64,000 nt of DNA, taken from Felis catus. Its lineage: Eukaryota. Each line of letters starts with the position of its first letter. The stretch's first letter is position 1. The notes under the pieces were generated by a model. It saw only the letters and a list, made by a program, of their open reading frames with translations. It did not search any database and was not told where the DNA came from. The stretch covers positions 21,888,001 to 21,952,000 of the forward strand of contig NC_058369.1 in the NCBI RefSeq assembly GCF_018350175.1, in the 5' to 3' direction. Positions 51,267 to 63,771 of the stretch are shown piece after piece. Both the position numbers and the translations under genes were made by a program.

Positions 51267-51897
51267 TTTTTAAATTTAATTTTTAATTTTTTTAAATTTA
51301 CACCCAAATTAGTTAGCATATAGTGCAACAATGATTTCAGGGGTGGATTCCTTAGTGCCCCTTACCCATTTAGCCCCCCCCCCACAACCCCTCCAGTAAC
51401 CCTCAGTTTGTTCTCCATATTTATGAGTCTCTTCTGTTTTGTTCCCCTCCCTGTTTTTACATTATTTTTGTTTCCCTTCCCAATGTTCATCTGTTTTGTC
51501 TCTTAAAGTCCTCATATGAGTGAAGTCATATGATTTTTGTCTTTCTCTGACTGACTAATTTCACTTGGCATAATACCCTCCAGTTCCATCCATGTAGTTG
51601 CAAATGGCAAGATTTCATTCTTTTTGATTGCCAAGTAATACTCCATTGTATATATATACCACATCTTCTTTATCCATTCATCCATCGAGGGACATTTGGC
51701 CTCTTTCCATACTTTGGCTATTGTTGATAGGGCTGCTATAAACATGGGGGTGCATGTGTCCCTTCAAAACAGCACACCTGTATCCCGTGGATAAATGCCT
51801 AATAGTGCCATTGCTGGGTCATAGGGTGTTCTATTTTTAGTTTTTTGAGGAACCTCCATACTATTTTCCAGAGTGGCTGCATCAGCGTGCATTCCCA
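51267..51897 (-). mobile_element. 5'-truncated feliform L1
   Basis: ORF2 end MFIAALSTIAKVWKEAKCP..EKDKNHMTSLI; TSD tttttcattctt at 51255-51266 and 51898-51909. Confidence 0.95.
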
Positions 51898-52149
51898 TTT
51901 TTCATTCTTGAAGTATGACTTTAAAGCTTTTATATATAGTATTATTATTTCAAGGATGAAATATTTTTTCTTGTTTCTCTGAGATTCTTAATGAGTTTTT
52001 TCCTGCTCCCTGGATTGTAGCTGTTTTCTCCGAGTTTTTGTTTGCTTTATTTTCTCCTATCATATTAGAAATATTTCTAATATTTCTCAAATGTCTGATG
52101 ACCCTAGGCTGTCTATTCATATTTAAGGATGAGGTCTAAAGAGCTGTTT

Positions 52150-53357
52150 GTGTATCTCAAAATATATCTAGAATCCTACCACTTCTCACCATTGGCACCT
52201 GTACCATCTTGTTCCAAACCACCATCATGTCTTGCCTGGATCGTTGCAAGTATCTCCTAATTGGTCTCCCTGCTTGCATACCAATGCCTTATAGACTATT
52301 CCCAACAGAGGCTGGAGTGATCTTTTAAAAATGTAAGTCATATTATGTCACTTCTTTTCCAAATGCTCTAATTGATGGCTCTCTGTCTTATTCCAGATAA
52401 AAATCAAAGTCCTTATGATGATATATTCGTTTTCTATGCTGTGTAACAAGTTGCCATAAATTTAGTGGCTTAAAATAATACACATTTATTATTTCACAGC
52501 CTCTGTGGTTCAGAAGTCCAGGCCTGACTTAGCTGGTTCCTCTGCTTTGGGTCTTACCAGGCTGCAGTCAAGGTATTGGCCAGGGTTATGTTCTCATCTA
52601 GAGGCTCGACTAGGGAAGCACCTGTTTTCTAACTTGCGCAGTTGTTCCTTGCAGTGGTAGGATTCATAGCAGCTTGCCTCCTCAAGCCAGGAAGGAGAGA
52701 GAGAGACAGAGACAGAGACAGAAACAGAGAGAGACAGAGACTAAGGTGAGTCTTTTAGCAAGACAGCCTCACATAATGCAACATAACCATGAGAGAGACA
52801 TTCTCTCATTTTTGCTGTAATCTTTTGGTTAGAATCAAGTCCCAGATCTTGTCCACACTCAGAAGTAGGGAGTTACAAGAGGTGAAGGTGGGGTGCCAAC
52901 TTGACTCTGTGCTGCAAATGCTCTATATGGCCTGGCTCTCTGTTCCCTCTCTGACCTTATTTCCTACAGTTGTCATTCTTATTTACTCTGTGATAGCCAC
53001 AGGAATGTTGGGGCTTTTGAATTTTCTCTTCCCTCTGCCTAGAACCTCTCTACTCCCAAGTATCCATCTGTATGACCCACTTTCTCACTTCCTTCAAGTC
53101 TGTGTTCAGGTGTCACCTTCTCAGCGGGTCCTTCTCTGATCACCTTATTTAGAAGTACTGGCATTTCCAAGTCCCCTTTCCTGCTTTAGTTTTCTCCATA
53201 CACTATGTCATTTACTTATTTGTTGTGTTTACTATCTGTTTTTCCATATTAGAATGGAGGCTCTATGAAGACAGAGATTTCTGTTTTGTTTACTATGGAA
53301 TTCCTTGTACCTAAAACATAGTAGTCACTTCATAAATATTTATTAAATGAATGAATG
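52150..53357 (+). mobile_element. L2 3' part, split by a MaLR LTR
   Basis: tagaatcctaccacttctcacc..ccaccatcatgtcttgcctgga..; terminal aaatatttattaaatgaatgaatg. Confidence 0.75.
52422..52915 (-). mobile_element. MaLR solo LTR (MLT1-type)
   Basis: ctatgctgtgtaacaagttgccataaatttagtggcttaaaataatacacatttattatttcacag..ggctgcagtcaagg. Confidence 0.85.
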
Positions 53358-55244
53358 TGATGTGCAAGTCTGATGGGCTCAACCCATCAGGGACAAATGG
53401 ATGGGTGGTTGGCTGGCTTTTTTGGGGGGACTCTCAAATATCAGCATCTGTAGGTCTTTGTTCATGGATCACCCAACTTCTCCAAGAAAGGATCACCCAA
53501 TACCTGCCCAAGAATTGTGAGAATCCTGGCTGCCATTATTTTGTAGCTATGCAGGGGGAGGGGCTGAGGTTCTTATATTCATTTGCAAGTTATTTCTTTA
53601 CCTCCCAATTTTTAGTTCTGCTCCTTCCAAAAACCCTCTCCTCTCTAAGCCGAATATCCTCTAGACTATAGGAAGGGGAATCAATTGAATATACAAGGTG
53701 GCGGTTAGGATCTTGGGGTTTATCTGCTGCCTGTGTCTCACCTATGCTTTCTATCTGGTGCTTAACATTTCCTGAATTCTTCTAGAATTCATGTGGGTGA
53801 ATTAGCTTCTCTTTCACTAGCATCATTTTTTTGTATGCCCTCAGGTTTGACCTTTTTCTGTTCTGTTAAGTCATTCAACCTTTCTCCATCCACTTTCTGA
53901 CTTTATATGGGGTTTCTCTTTCGTTTCTTTTCTTCCTTGTTTTGGAGAGTTTTGAGAGAAGAAGGCCATCTTGATCCTGAAAAATCCCCGAAAACATTTT
54001 CATCCAGATGTTTAACATCTCCTTGGGGATAGGCTTAACATCTAAAAATATTGATGGCAAATGGAAACTCTTATCAGACGCTGCTTGATTTTGTACTAAA
54101 GGTGAACACCAGGAAAAGGATCCCAGATAAAACAAGTGTGAAACGGGATTGGAGGAGGAGGTGAGAAGTCCCATCTACAGTCAACACTTCAGGTGACTGA
54201 TACCTTTTGATCCTGTAATTGTCATTCTAGAACTCTGCCTTAAAGGTATAATCAGAAACTCGAGCAAAAATAGAGGTACCATCATGTTCATCACACAGTA
54301 GTCATATGATCAAACTCGGAAAAACCACAACAAAATAAAATATGGCACATTCATTGGAATGCTATGCAGACATTAAAAGAGGTCTTCTTGAAGGTACTTT
54401 AAAAAGTAAAAACAATCAGATTTTTAGGACTGTTTAATAACATCGAGAAAGAACTCACAATATATTAAAGGATAAAAATAAGATGAGTGTATACTATTTT
54501 TATTGTAAGAAATTTTAAAAGGCACAACTCAATTAGAAGCCATTCAATTTATTTTAAGCCACTTAAAAAGATTCTTAAGGTGCACAAAATGAGTGTTATA
54601 TGCACCAGAAAGTACCAAGTTATGGTTTATAAATGAGCTCTAAAGAAAGCACCTGTTTCCTTCCTTAGGTACCTATTGTTTCTATTGGTAGATATGAAAG
54701 GGAATGAAACAGTTACTCTCTTTCAGTTACCCCCATTACCTTTCCTTCAGACCGTTTGGTAAACTTATAAGCCTCCACTTTCCAGCTTTCCGAAATAATC
54801 TTTGTATGTACTTTAAAAGAATGGCCTTTCCCAATAGTCTGCCAAGCTTTTAAAAAAAGAACTATTCTTGACCAAGTTTGGAAAAACGTGTAAGTGCTCA
54901 CTGCACATAAAATCAGTGCGCTCATTTCATAGGGAAATTCTCCAGGAGGACAAATTTAGGTATGCAGATAACATGTACTCTAATGTTAATTGTTAACACT
55001 AGAGGAGTTTAGTGGAGGGAAACATTACTGACCTAATGACAATGCCAGTTCCTGGGCCTAAACGCTACATGAAGTAGATGTTGGGAAATGTCATGGTTTA
55101 AGAAGTAATCACAATGAACTTCTGGGCTCAGTCAGCATTCATCCATCCAATTCACAGGCATAGTGACTAGGAAAGTTCTAGAAAGGACTTGTAGCCCTTG
55201 GGGGAAGCAAGAGCTCGAATGGCAAGCAGAAGTTACATTGGGGT

Positions 55245-55477
55245 GGGGCGCCTGGATGGCTCAGTTTGTTAAATGACCGACTTTGGCTCAGGTCATGATC
55301 TCATGATTGGTGGGTTTTGGCTCAGGTCATGATCTCATGGTTGGTGGGTTCGAGCCCTCCACCGGGCTCACTGCTGTCAGCATGGAGCCCACTTTGGATC
55401 CTTTGTCCCCCTCTCTCTGCCCCTCCCAGCTCATGCTCTTTCTCTCTCTCAAAATAAAATAAAACACTAAAAAAAAG
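55245..55477 (+). mobile_element. CanSINE with internal 34-bp tandem duplication
   Basis: TSD agaagttacatt(g/a)gggt at 55228-55244 and 55478-55494. Confidence 0.95.
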
Positions 55478-57229
55478 AGAAGTTACATTAGGGTACGTTT
55501 TTTGTCCCTGTCTGCTTTCCTTTCTCCCCGCCCCCCTTCCTGCCTCCACCTCCGTTAGGAATGGGGAGAAGTGCTATCTGTTTGCTTTGCTGTTCTAGCT
55601 GCAGGGGAGCTTTTCAAACACCCACGGGCTGGCACTGACTACACAGTTGTGAACGTCCACCCTCCATCTCTCATATACATTTACAGAGAACTTTACTGTG
55701 CAAGGCATTAGGTGAGACATCAAGCTCCAAGGAGCTTATGCCCAGGCTCATGATTCTAGGTAGTTCAGTGGGTATATTCCGTGTACAGTGGAGGTTGGCA
55801 GGGAGAGAGATCATTATGGGTAGGTGCCTCAAGGAATAGCTTCTGCTCTGTGCATTTGGCTTTTTGGAATAGGGGGATTTCCCTCTTTTGTTAGCTTGAA
55901 TTGTATTGTTACAGTTGTGCTTTTGCATACGCTTATGGAGCTGTGCCTACTGGACCTACGCTCAGCAAACAGACTTCCCTGCCCAAGGAAAATGCAGGTT
56001 GACTCCTGCAAACTTAAAGAGGCAAAACCTCCCTGTGTCTTTCAGAACAGGAAGATTTTGTTTGGTAGAATTGCTAGACACGGGCAGGTGAAAAAATTAG
56101 GAAGCTGCACTAATAAACCATAGGTTGAGAGTCTCATTTTTTTTTTTAGCTATTTCAAACACTTGAAGTGATTTTATTGAGGAAATTTTATTGATCAGAG
56201 TAAAATACCTGCCTCAGTCATATTAGAGCTTCCCTATTCCAGACCTTCTCATTCTCTGACTTGCCTTTGGAGGATCTGGCATCTCTCTCACATCCTTGGA
56301 TCCATGTGGCAGAGGTGGTGGTGTTTCAGGTTACCTGAAAGGGGAGGGTTAGGATGGCCATAGCATTTCCATAGTTCCATGGTTGAATCTTGTTCACTGG
56401 TCTCTAAATGTAAAGCTGATCATCCTAGAATGTTACCGCAGTATTCACACTTGTAGAGATGAATTCGGTATTAGCTCGGTCGGTCTTGAAACTTCCCAAG
56501 GAGATTTAGTTACTGCAAGGCACTTAAAACAACACTAAGCACACAGTAAGAGGTTAATGTATAGTGATTCCTCAATGGAGAAGTCTTTTGGAAGCAATGC
56601 TGTTATGTTTTAAAAGAATTCACATATTTTGGGTAAAGCAGTGGTTTTTTGGAACAACTTGTTTGTGCAGCTTCATGGGACCAAAAAGCTACAGCTGCCA
56701 GTAAAGAGAGGCTACCGTACCCTACAAGGAGAAAGAAGGGAAATTTAGATACACTTGAGATTCCAACTTGACCCTGTGAAGTTTATTCTGTCCACCGGAG
56801 GCTCATTGCTTTCTCTCGGCTTTTGGATCTTGCAGCCTCTCTATACAATTTATGACTCCATTCATCCGCACAACAGCTATAGCCACGTTTTGGTACCTGC
56901 TTTGTGCCAGGCACTATCCTAGGTGCTAGCTGAGCAGAACAGATAGTGATTCCTGTCCTCCTGGATGTTACCAAGGAGGGGGAAAGACAGACAACAGACA
57001 AGTAACAAGAATAAACTGTTCATTGAGGATTCTCAATTTATTTGGATATAGACTTGAAACAGCTTTATTTTTTCCCCAGTGACTGCTTTCAACCTTGTTC
57101 ACCAATTTTCCATTTCTTAGCAAATGTTTGGCATATTCTATAGCTTTCTAGTCAAGTTGAGTGGTTAAAATACGGTCCAGGCCAACTCAGGATTCAACCT
57201 GACTTCTGATTCAGAGTAAAGCCTTCCCC

Positions 57230-59300
57230 CCATGACACGCTGCACTTCTGTTTACCCCAATTGGGAAGAAGTTCTCAGAGATTCTTGGCTTGTCTCTTTT
57301 CCTGAGAAAACCTATAAGGGCAAAGTTAGTGGGATGAAATATCTCTCTACTGCAGCTGGTCTCAAGGCTGCAATTGTATCCTTCCTCTGTACCCGTTCTA
57401 AATTACCCTCGCACTTGGCTAGCACAGCTGCTAGCTTACCTCATGTGGGGAGGGCTGAACCCTTGGTCATTCCTGAAATATCTGGGATCCAAGTCTGCTG
57501 TGTTATTCATGTATCATCAAATTGGGCAGGGGAATATCAAGAGATGTGCAAATGGGCCACCTGGGTGTCAAGCACACTCTTCCCTGTCCCTCTTGTATAC
57601 TTGTGGTCCTACCCCCTGCTGAGGAGCAAGATTGATGACCTCTGCTGGTATGGTGACACCTTTCCTTTCCTGCTAGTCTTTTAGACAAGGAGCTCAAAGT
57701 GACTAGGTGGCAGCTGCAGCTAAAATGTCCCCTGGTAGAGGTGTTACTTCTATGGGAAACAAGATCTCTAGACCCACAAAGTCTGAAGTTGCAGGCAAAG
57801 GAACACAAGTTCCCTCACTGGGGGTGATAGCAAGTGGGGACACTCTTACTTTTACCTCTTGGCTCTAGACCTATGCATTCTTCCTCTTGGGGACACAGCA
57901 CAATATAATGGTCATTGCTCTAGGTGTAAACCTGTTTATACCCTGTGGGTATCATTTCTAAGCTGCCACCTCAAATGAACCTTCAACATGCTATTCTACT
58001 ACACTGCCACAGTGGCAGCTTCTAGAGAGATGAGCAATATGGTAGGACCAGTGGATACCATGGTTCTGTGCCACACAGCTTTACCAATTTTGTTGTAAAA
58101 TGAGTCCCTTGGTCTAATGTACTGTTGTACAGGGTCTTGTGTTGGTAGACTGGATGCTCTGCAAGCCCTTGGATAATGGTGCTGGCCAAGGCCTTGAGGG
58201 CATGAAAGACAAAGGTAAACTCTCAAATCCCAGCAGATGAAATGGTGCCCCTTCCAGGAAGAAGGAAGGGGCCTAATGCAATCAACTTGCCACCAGGTAG
58301 CTGGTTAGTCTCAGGAATGATGCATCATCAGGCACTCAGATATTTGGCAGCAGCAGTGGCAAGATCAGCATGGGTGAATGAGAGCCCAGGCTGTTGGACC
58401 CCTGTGTATCCTGCATCCATGAATCATCGCTACTCCATTCATGAGCCCGTGGCATCAGCTGTATGGTAGCTAATGACAAAGGATGGCTGATGTCAACTGG
58501 CTCCGTCATTTCCTTCAATGCCCTTGACCAACCAGTCAAGCCATTCACTTCTGCCCATAAGTCTATGTATATTCCTACTTCAGGCTACTTCTCTTTCCAC
58601 AAAAGTGGATGACCAGGTGCAATGTACATGGCTGCTGTCTTTCACAGTCACCCCAGAGTGCAGCAGTGGCCTATTTTTGGCTTATACTTACATATTGAGT
58701 CACTCTGTCTGTGAAACATTCTGACTTTTTGCTCTTCTGTCAGCTGTTTTACCAGGACCTCCCAGGTGGCCATAGGTGGGGGTTAAAGGAGACATACAAT
58801 AGTAGTGGAGGACATGGGAGTCTGGGTTACCTGCTTCATGCGTTTTTTTTGTGCCTTCTATCCCTCCTCGTATTCAGTCCTCAATGTATTACTTCAGTCT
58901 TAAGAGGTATCATTGTTGGGCCCAAACTAGCTTATGACTTGGTGGGACTGACAGAAACAAATTCACGGTGGGCAACCTTGGCCATATAGTCACCTGATGT
59001 CCCATCACCAGACACTCCCTGTGTCTCACCTCCCAGCAGCACACCAGAAGTTTAAAAAATGGTATATAGTTCTCTGCTGTAGACATCACAGCCTGACTCC
59101 AGAACCCTTGGGCTTTATGTTGTGACTCTCTTATGGGAGTTTACCATAAACTCCTCATGGCATTTGCTCCCCATCTTCCTCCCTCAATATGCCTCTAGAA
59201 TCACAGGTTCTGCCAGGTTGGATGGTCCAAGTTACAAGCCTGAATGTGTCGCTGCTTGGACTTGCTACAGAGTCTTTTCCTACTCTAGACCACTTAAAAC
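57230..59300 (-). mobile_element. ERV-L internal relic (RNaseH-integrase region)
   Basis: HERV-L-like antisense motifs (ggaaggggcctaatgcaatcaacttgccaccaggtagctggttagtctc; cagcagtggcaagatcagcatgggtgaatg; ccagaacccttgggctttatgttgtgactctc). Confidence 0.72.
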
Positions 59301-59662
59301 GTGCAGTCCTCCAATGCCCCTGAGTACATGAGTCTGGACAGTATTCCCAGATGTGAGATGTGCTGCTTCCAGAGCCCAGGGGCAGATGTGATAAAGGAAG
59401 ATGCCCAAATACATCCTGGCAGGAGGTTTTGGTAGGGCAGTACAAGAATAGAAAGGAGAGGCAAGAGTGTCAAGAGGATTTGTAAGGAGGTGATTATAAA
59501 GATGGAACAAAGAACATAGGAGGGCAGTGGAGGGAGAGAGAGGTTGATGGATGTGAGAAGGTGTGTTGTGGCTTAAAGTGGTGTTAAGAACTCTTGTGGT
59601 TGGGTTACTGGTGCAAGTATACCAAAAGAATAGGAGGTTGGAGTTTGAGTTGGAAAAGCAGA

Positions 59663-59664
<2 letters not shown>

Positions 59665-59697
<33 letters not shown>

Positions 59698-59715
59698 TGT
59701 GCATGTGTGTGTGTG
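59665..59715. repeat. Interrupted (GT)n microsatellite
   Basis: Direct inspection. Confidence 0.95.
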
Positions 59716-60182
59716 ACGACAGTATGACAGTAGGTAGGTGCAATGGAGCGGAGAAAGATTCACTCGAAGCCAGAAGATGCAGAGGCCAATTCCCTCCTCT
59801 GTTTTGGTCGTTGTTAATTTCACTGTGGCATGTGTTTTTACAATCACACTTCAAGTTCTTATGTTTGGCACCTGACACAGTGCTGGCCCATCATAGGGAC
59901 TCAATACGTACACAAGAAGAACAGCTTTAAGACCTCATGTTACACATACAAGGGAAAATGTGAGGTTCCCTCCAGACCAAAGACTGTTTACACCAAGCAT
60001 ACACTGCTGAGTTTACCTGTTAGCGGATGTGGGGTTGTGATGATGTTTGATACTGCATTTGGCGCAGTGCCTGGTGAACAGGAGATAGGACCAGAACACA
60101 GAATCAGTACAGAGGTTCTGTTAGATATTATTTCCAAACCTATTTCCTTCCTTGTGTACAATTGTCTGGTTCATTATTTAAA

Positions 60183-60406
60183 ATTTTTTTTTGTTAATTT
60201 ATTTTTTATTTGAGAGAGAGACAGAGAGAGAGAGAGAGCGAGCATGAGTGGGGGAGAGGGGCAGAGGGAGGAAGAGAGAGACTCTCAAGCAGGCTCCATG
60301 CTCAGCACCAAACCCGATGTGGGGCTTGATCCCACAATCCTGGGACTGTGACCTGAGCCCAAGTCAATAGTCAGATGCTCAACGAACTGAGCCACCCAGG
60401 CACCCC
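60183..60406 (-). mobile_element. CanSINE
   Basis: TSD tgtctggttcattattt. Confidence 0.95.
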
Positions 60407-61174
60407 TGTCTGGTTCATTATTTTTAATGTCAAGGAGAGCCTGCTTAGGTATTTTTTTCCCTTATGTTACAAACTTGTGTTACTTTTTCTTTTTTCTAAA
60501 GAAAATTGAGGATGACTTTAATTCTAGGGACACTAAGAAGCTTCTTCAGCTGTGGTGTATTTCTGTTGGAGGGGGGCACATTTTCCTTAAAGTGGTTGGC
60601 TAATGCTGAAAATTCCTTTCACTAATGTGGTGTCTTTCTTCCATTAAAGAAAAGGCTTAAAATGCAAACTCCTGGGCGAAAGATAACATAATACCTTAAA
60701 TACATATTCAGGTGCACATGACCGAGGCTCGAGTCTTTTCTGAGCCAAAGGGGAGGAGGGTCAGAAGACAATGATGGTGCAGGAGTGGAGAGAAATTGCT
60801 CTCAGGAGACAGAAAGGGGCAGGCGGGGTGCAGGAGGTGAGCTTTTTGTCCCATGCTGGTTCTGCCGCCTGTGAGCCTCTGGGTTGCAGGGTTTAGTGGG
60901 GGAATATCTGAAGTCATGCTAGTGTTCTCAGTAACATTTCGAGACTGGCAGAAATATTTATCTCCTTAATGTGGGCTGTGCTCTCTTTCTCTCCCTCTTC
61001 TAGGATTTCATCTGGCTCGTCAAACTTACATTTCCTCACAAGTGTGGAAATTCTAGTTTTCCTCTCTGTGTCCCAATCCAGTCTTTCAACTACTTCCTAT
61101 CGCCCATGTATGCAGAAAGGAATCAGTTTACACAGGGACTAAGCAGTGATCAAATTAAAATGCCCCAATGTTTA

Positions 61175-61380
61175 GGGGTGCCTGGGTGGCTCAGTCAGTT
61201 GAGCGTCCGACTTCGTCTCAGGTTATGATCTCACAGCTCGTGAGTTTGAGCCCCGCGTCGGGCTCTGTGCTGACAGCTCCGAGCCTGGAGCCTGCTTTGG
61301 ATTCTGTTCCTCTTTCTCTGCCCCAACCCACTCGCATTCTGTCTCTGTCTCTCTCAAAAATAAGTAAACATTAAAAAAAA
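61175..61380 (+). mobile_element. CanSINE (CpG-retaining, relatively young)
   Basis: TSD aaaa(t/g)gcccc(a/g)atgttta. Confidence 0.95.
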
Positions 61381-61479
61381 GGCCCCGATGTTTAGAAAAG
61401 CTGAATTCTGAGCTTTAAAACAAGTAGAATCTTTTTAGAAACTTTCCAAGCTGAAGTCAACTGAGATTCTGAAGATCTG

Positions 61480-61650
61480 AGTCTTATTTCTAGTTAGACC
61501 ATTAAATAGCTGTATGACCTTGGATAAGCAATTTTACCTTTTTGGGGGCCTCAGTTTCCTCACCAAACAGGAGAAAGACTCCATGAATGCAACTAATGTA
61601 TGTAAAAATGCTTGGTGAGCTCTAAAAAAGGCCATAAGGTTGCTAGATGG
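61480..61650 (+). mobile_element. MIR fragment
   Basis: agctgtatgaccttggataag..gggcctcagtttcctca. Confidence 0.65.
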
Positions 61651-61798
61651 CATTTCTAATGTTGCCATCTGACTCTTGGTAAATATCTCACGGTTCACAA
61701 CTGCTGGGGGAATTTGGTCTGGCTTTGGTGTCTTTGTTCACTTGGTTTTTGCACCTGTTTTAGGTGGTTGAAGGCAATATTAGAATCACTGATGAGAG

Positions 61799-61799
<1 letters not shown>

Positions 61800-61840
<41 letters not shown>
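61800..61840. repeat. Perfect (GT)n microsatellite, about 20 units
   Basis: Direct inspection. Confidence 0.97.
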
Positions 61841-61842
<2 letters not shown>

Positions 61843-62654
61843 CTGGACAAACTATTCTTCTGAAAGCTAATTCCCAGGCTTGAAAGTTAGGCTGAGTCTG
61901 ATTTCCACTCTACTTTTCTCTCCCAGAAGTGGTGTTGATGTTTCTAGTTTTTTACTTCTCTTCTCCTTTGAGACCTCTTCAGTTTGAGAACTCATTTAAT
62001 GCTCCCTTCTCCAGCTGGGAGTGTCCCCGAGTTCCGTTTTTCCTCCAAGATCTGTGAGGAGACTGCTTGCTCATTCCTGAATATTCTTTTCCTTGTATTT
62101 TCAGGATCGAGTACACTACTTGACTTCCATTCTGTAGTTGTCTTTTCTTTTTTTTTTTTGGTCTATTTTCTGAACATCGCTGCTGCATCAAGAATCCCCT
62201 CTGCCTTTAGTAAGATCATGAACGTTGGGCACTGTGGTTCTTCCAGTGCATGTTATTTATAACCCAACTCCTCTACTATAGCTCAGGCACCCTTGATGCT
62301 TTGAAGACTTAAGAGTTACCCTTTCCCCTTTCTTTCCATTTTTCACCCAATGGCTCTGGCTTGACCAAGGAGTCTGGCAGCAGGCATAGGATCAGACCAA
62401 TCTGTGTTTTGGATGGCTTGAATTTATCTACCAACCTTGGAGTCACAGAAGTGAATTTTCATCCCCATCTGCCTTCTATTTTCTGTGGGACATCAGGGGG
62501 TTTGGTTCACATCTCTGAGTCTGCTGATTCCTTATCTGTACAATGGGTATAATAATTTCTTGCCTGCTTCAGTTATGAGGAGGAAATGAAATAAGCTTTG
62601 TGATCTGTACTCTATACATGTAAGTGACCTTTGTCATGATTATTCTTTAAAAAA

Positions 62655-62856
62655 TTTTATTTATTTATTTTTAGAGAGAGAGAGGGAGACAGAGAGAGCA
62701 GGGGAGGAACAGGGAGAGAGGAGAGTGAATCCTAACCAGGCTCTGCACTGTCAGGGAGAGACTGATGCAGGGCTTGACCTAACAAACTGCGTGATCACGA
62801 CCTGAGACCAAACCAAGAGTCTGATGCTTAACTGACTGAGCCACCCGGGTGTCCCC
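62655..62856 (-). mobile_element. CanSINE
   Basis: TSD cctttgtcatgattat. Confidence 0.94.
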
Positions 62857-63771
62857 TTTGTCATGATTATCATTCTTGTGGCTGATTTTCTGGGAGTTTA
62901 CCATCCATAGTATCAGTGCTGGGGCTCTGAGACTTGCTGGCTCGCTGGCAGCAGGAAGGGGTACGTGGGAATGGTGGAGAGTGGGCACAGTGACAGAATG
63001 GGGCTGCGGTACCTGAGGTTCCAAAGGATGTGAGTGAGTGTGTTCATGAATATGACTCGGACACTAGGTCCCATCTGTAGTCCCAAGATAAGGGCCTCCT
63101 TAGCAACACCTTTTCTAATCTTCCTCCTCCTGAGAGGAGCTGGTGGTCAGCTTCTCTTCCTGTAGCATTGCCTACCCATGCCACTTAGCTGATTATGTCC
63201 TGGTAATCTGTGCTATTTCCTTTTTCAGTTTCTATATTCTTTCTCTCTTACCAAATTACAAGTGTTTCAAAGCCTGGAGCCATGTGTGTGCATGTCTGTC
63301 ATCCCATAGCGATAGCACATCACAGTGATTTATACACGGTAGGCACCCAAAATGTGTGGTATTTATGTGAAGCTAGGCCATGTTTTTCTTTGTTGAAGAT
63401 TGGAGGGAAGAAAGTCTTCTGTTATTCTAGAAAATGTTTTATTTTTAACAAAGTCATAAATGAACATACATTAAAAAGTTGAAAAGTGGTACAGGCTTAT
63501 AAAAACAGTAGTCCCTGCCAACCACACATTCTAATCTGTTCCCCAGAAATAACCACTTCTTAACTGCTTAACTGTTTTCCCTTCTCGGGCATTATCCTCC
63601 ATATTTATAAGTATTTTATGTGTATACACTATCTCATGATTTGTCAGTTTTGTACATTATCTACCAACTTTAAAAACTGGTAGGTGAAAACTTTTATCCC
63701 TCTTTCACTCCCCTCTCCTCATCCCATAATCCAATAGTTATATCTCAAATTTTGGTTAACTCTATTGTCAC

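Larger units (their letters stand above)
50030..53960 (-). mobile_element. HAL1/old L1M relic, fragmented by younger insertions
   Basis: T-rich antisense motifs (ttcagctccagtgttgctattgataagtccgatacc..; tttctcaaatgtctgatgaccctaggctgtctattcatatttaag). Confidence 0.55.

Noticed and set aside
982..62856. tRNA-like A/B boxes and repeated units that could be read as tRNA genes or a CRISPR-like array
   Set aside because: These are tRNA-derived SINE heads with tails and TSDs, irregularly dispersed; no complete cloverleaf or regular repeat-spacer structure.
998..63024. Recurrent ORFs containing GAWVAQSVKHPTSAQVMIS / ERERERE
   Set aside because: Translations of CanSINE bodies and their (GA)n tracts.
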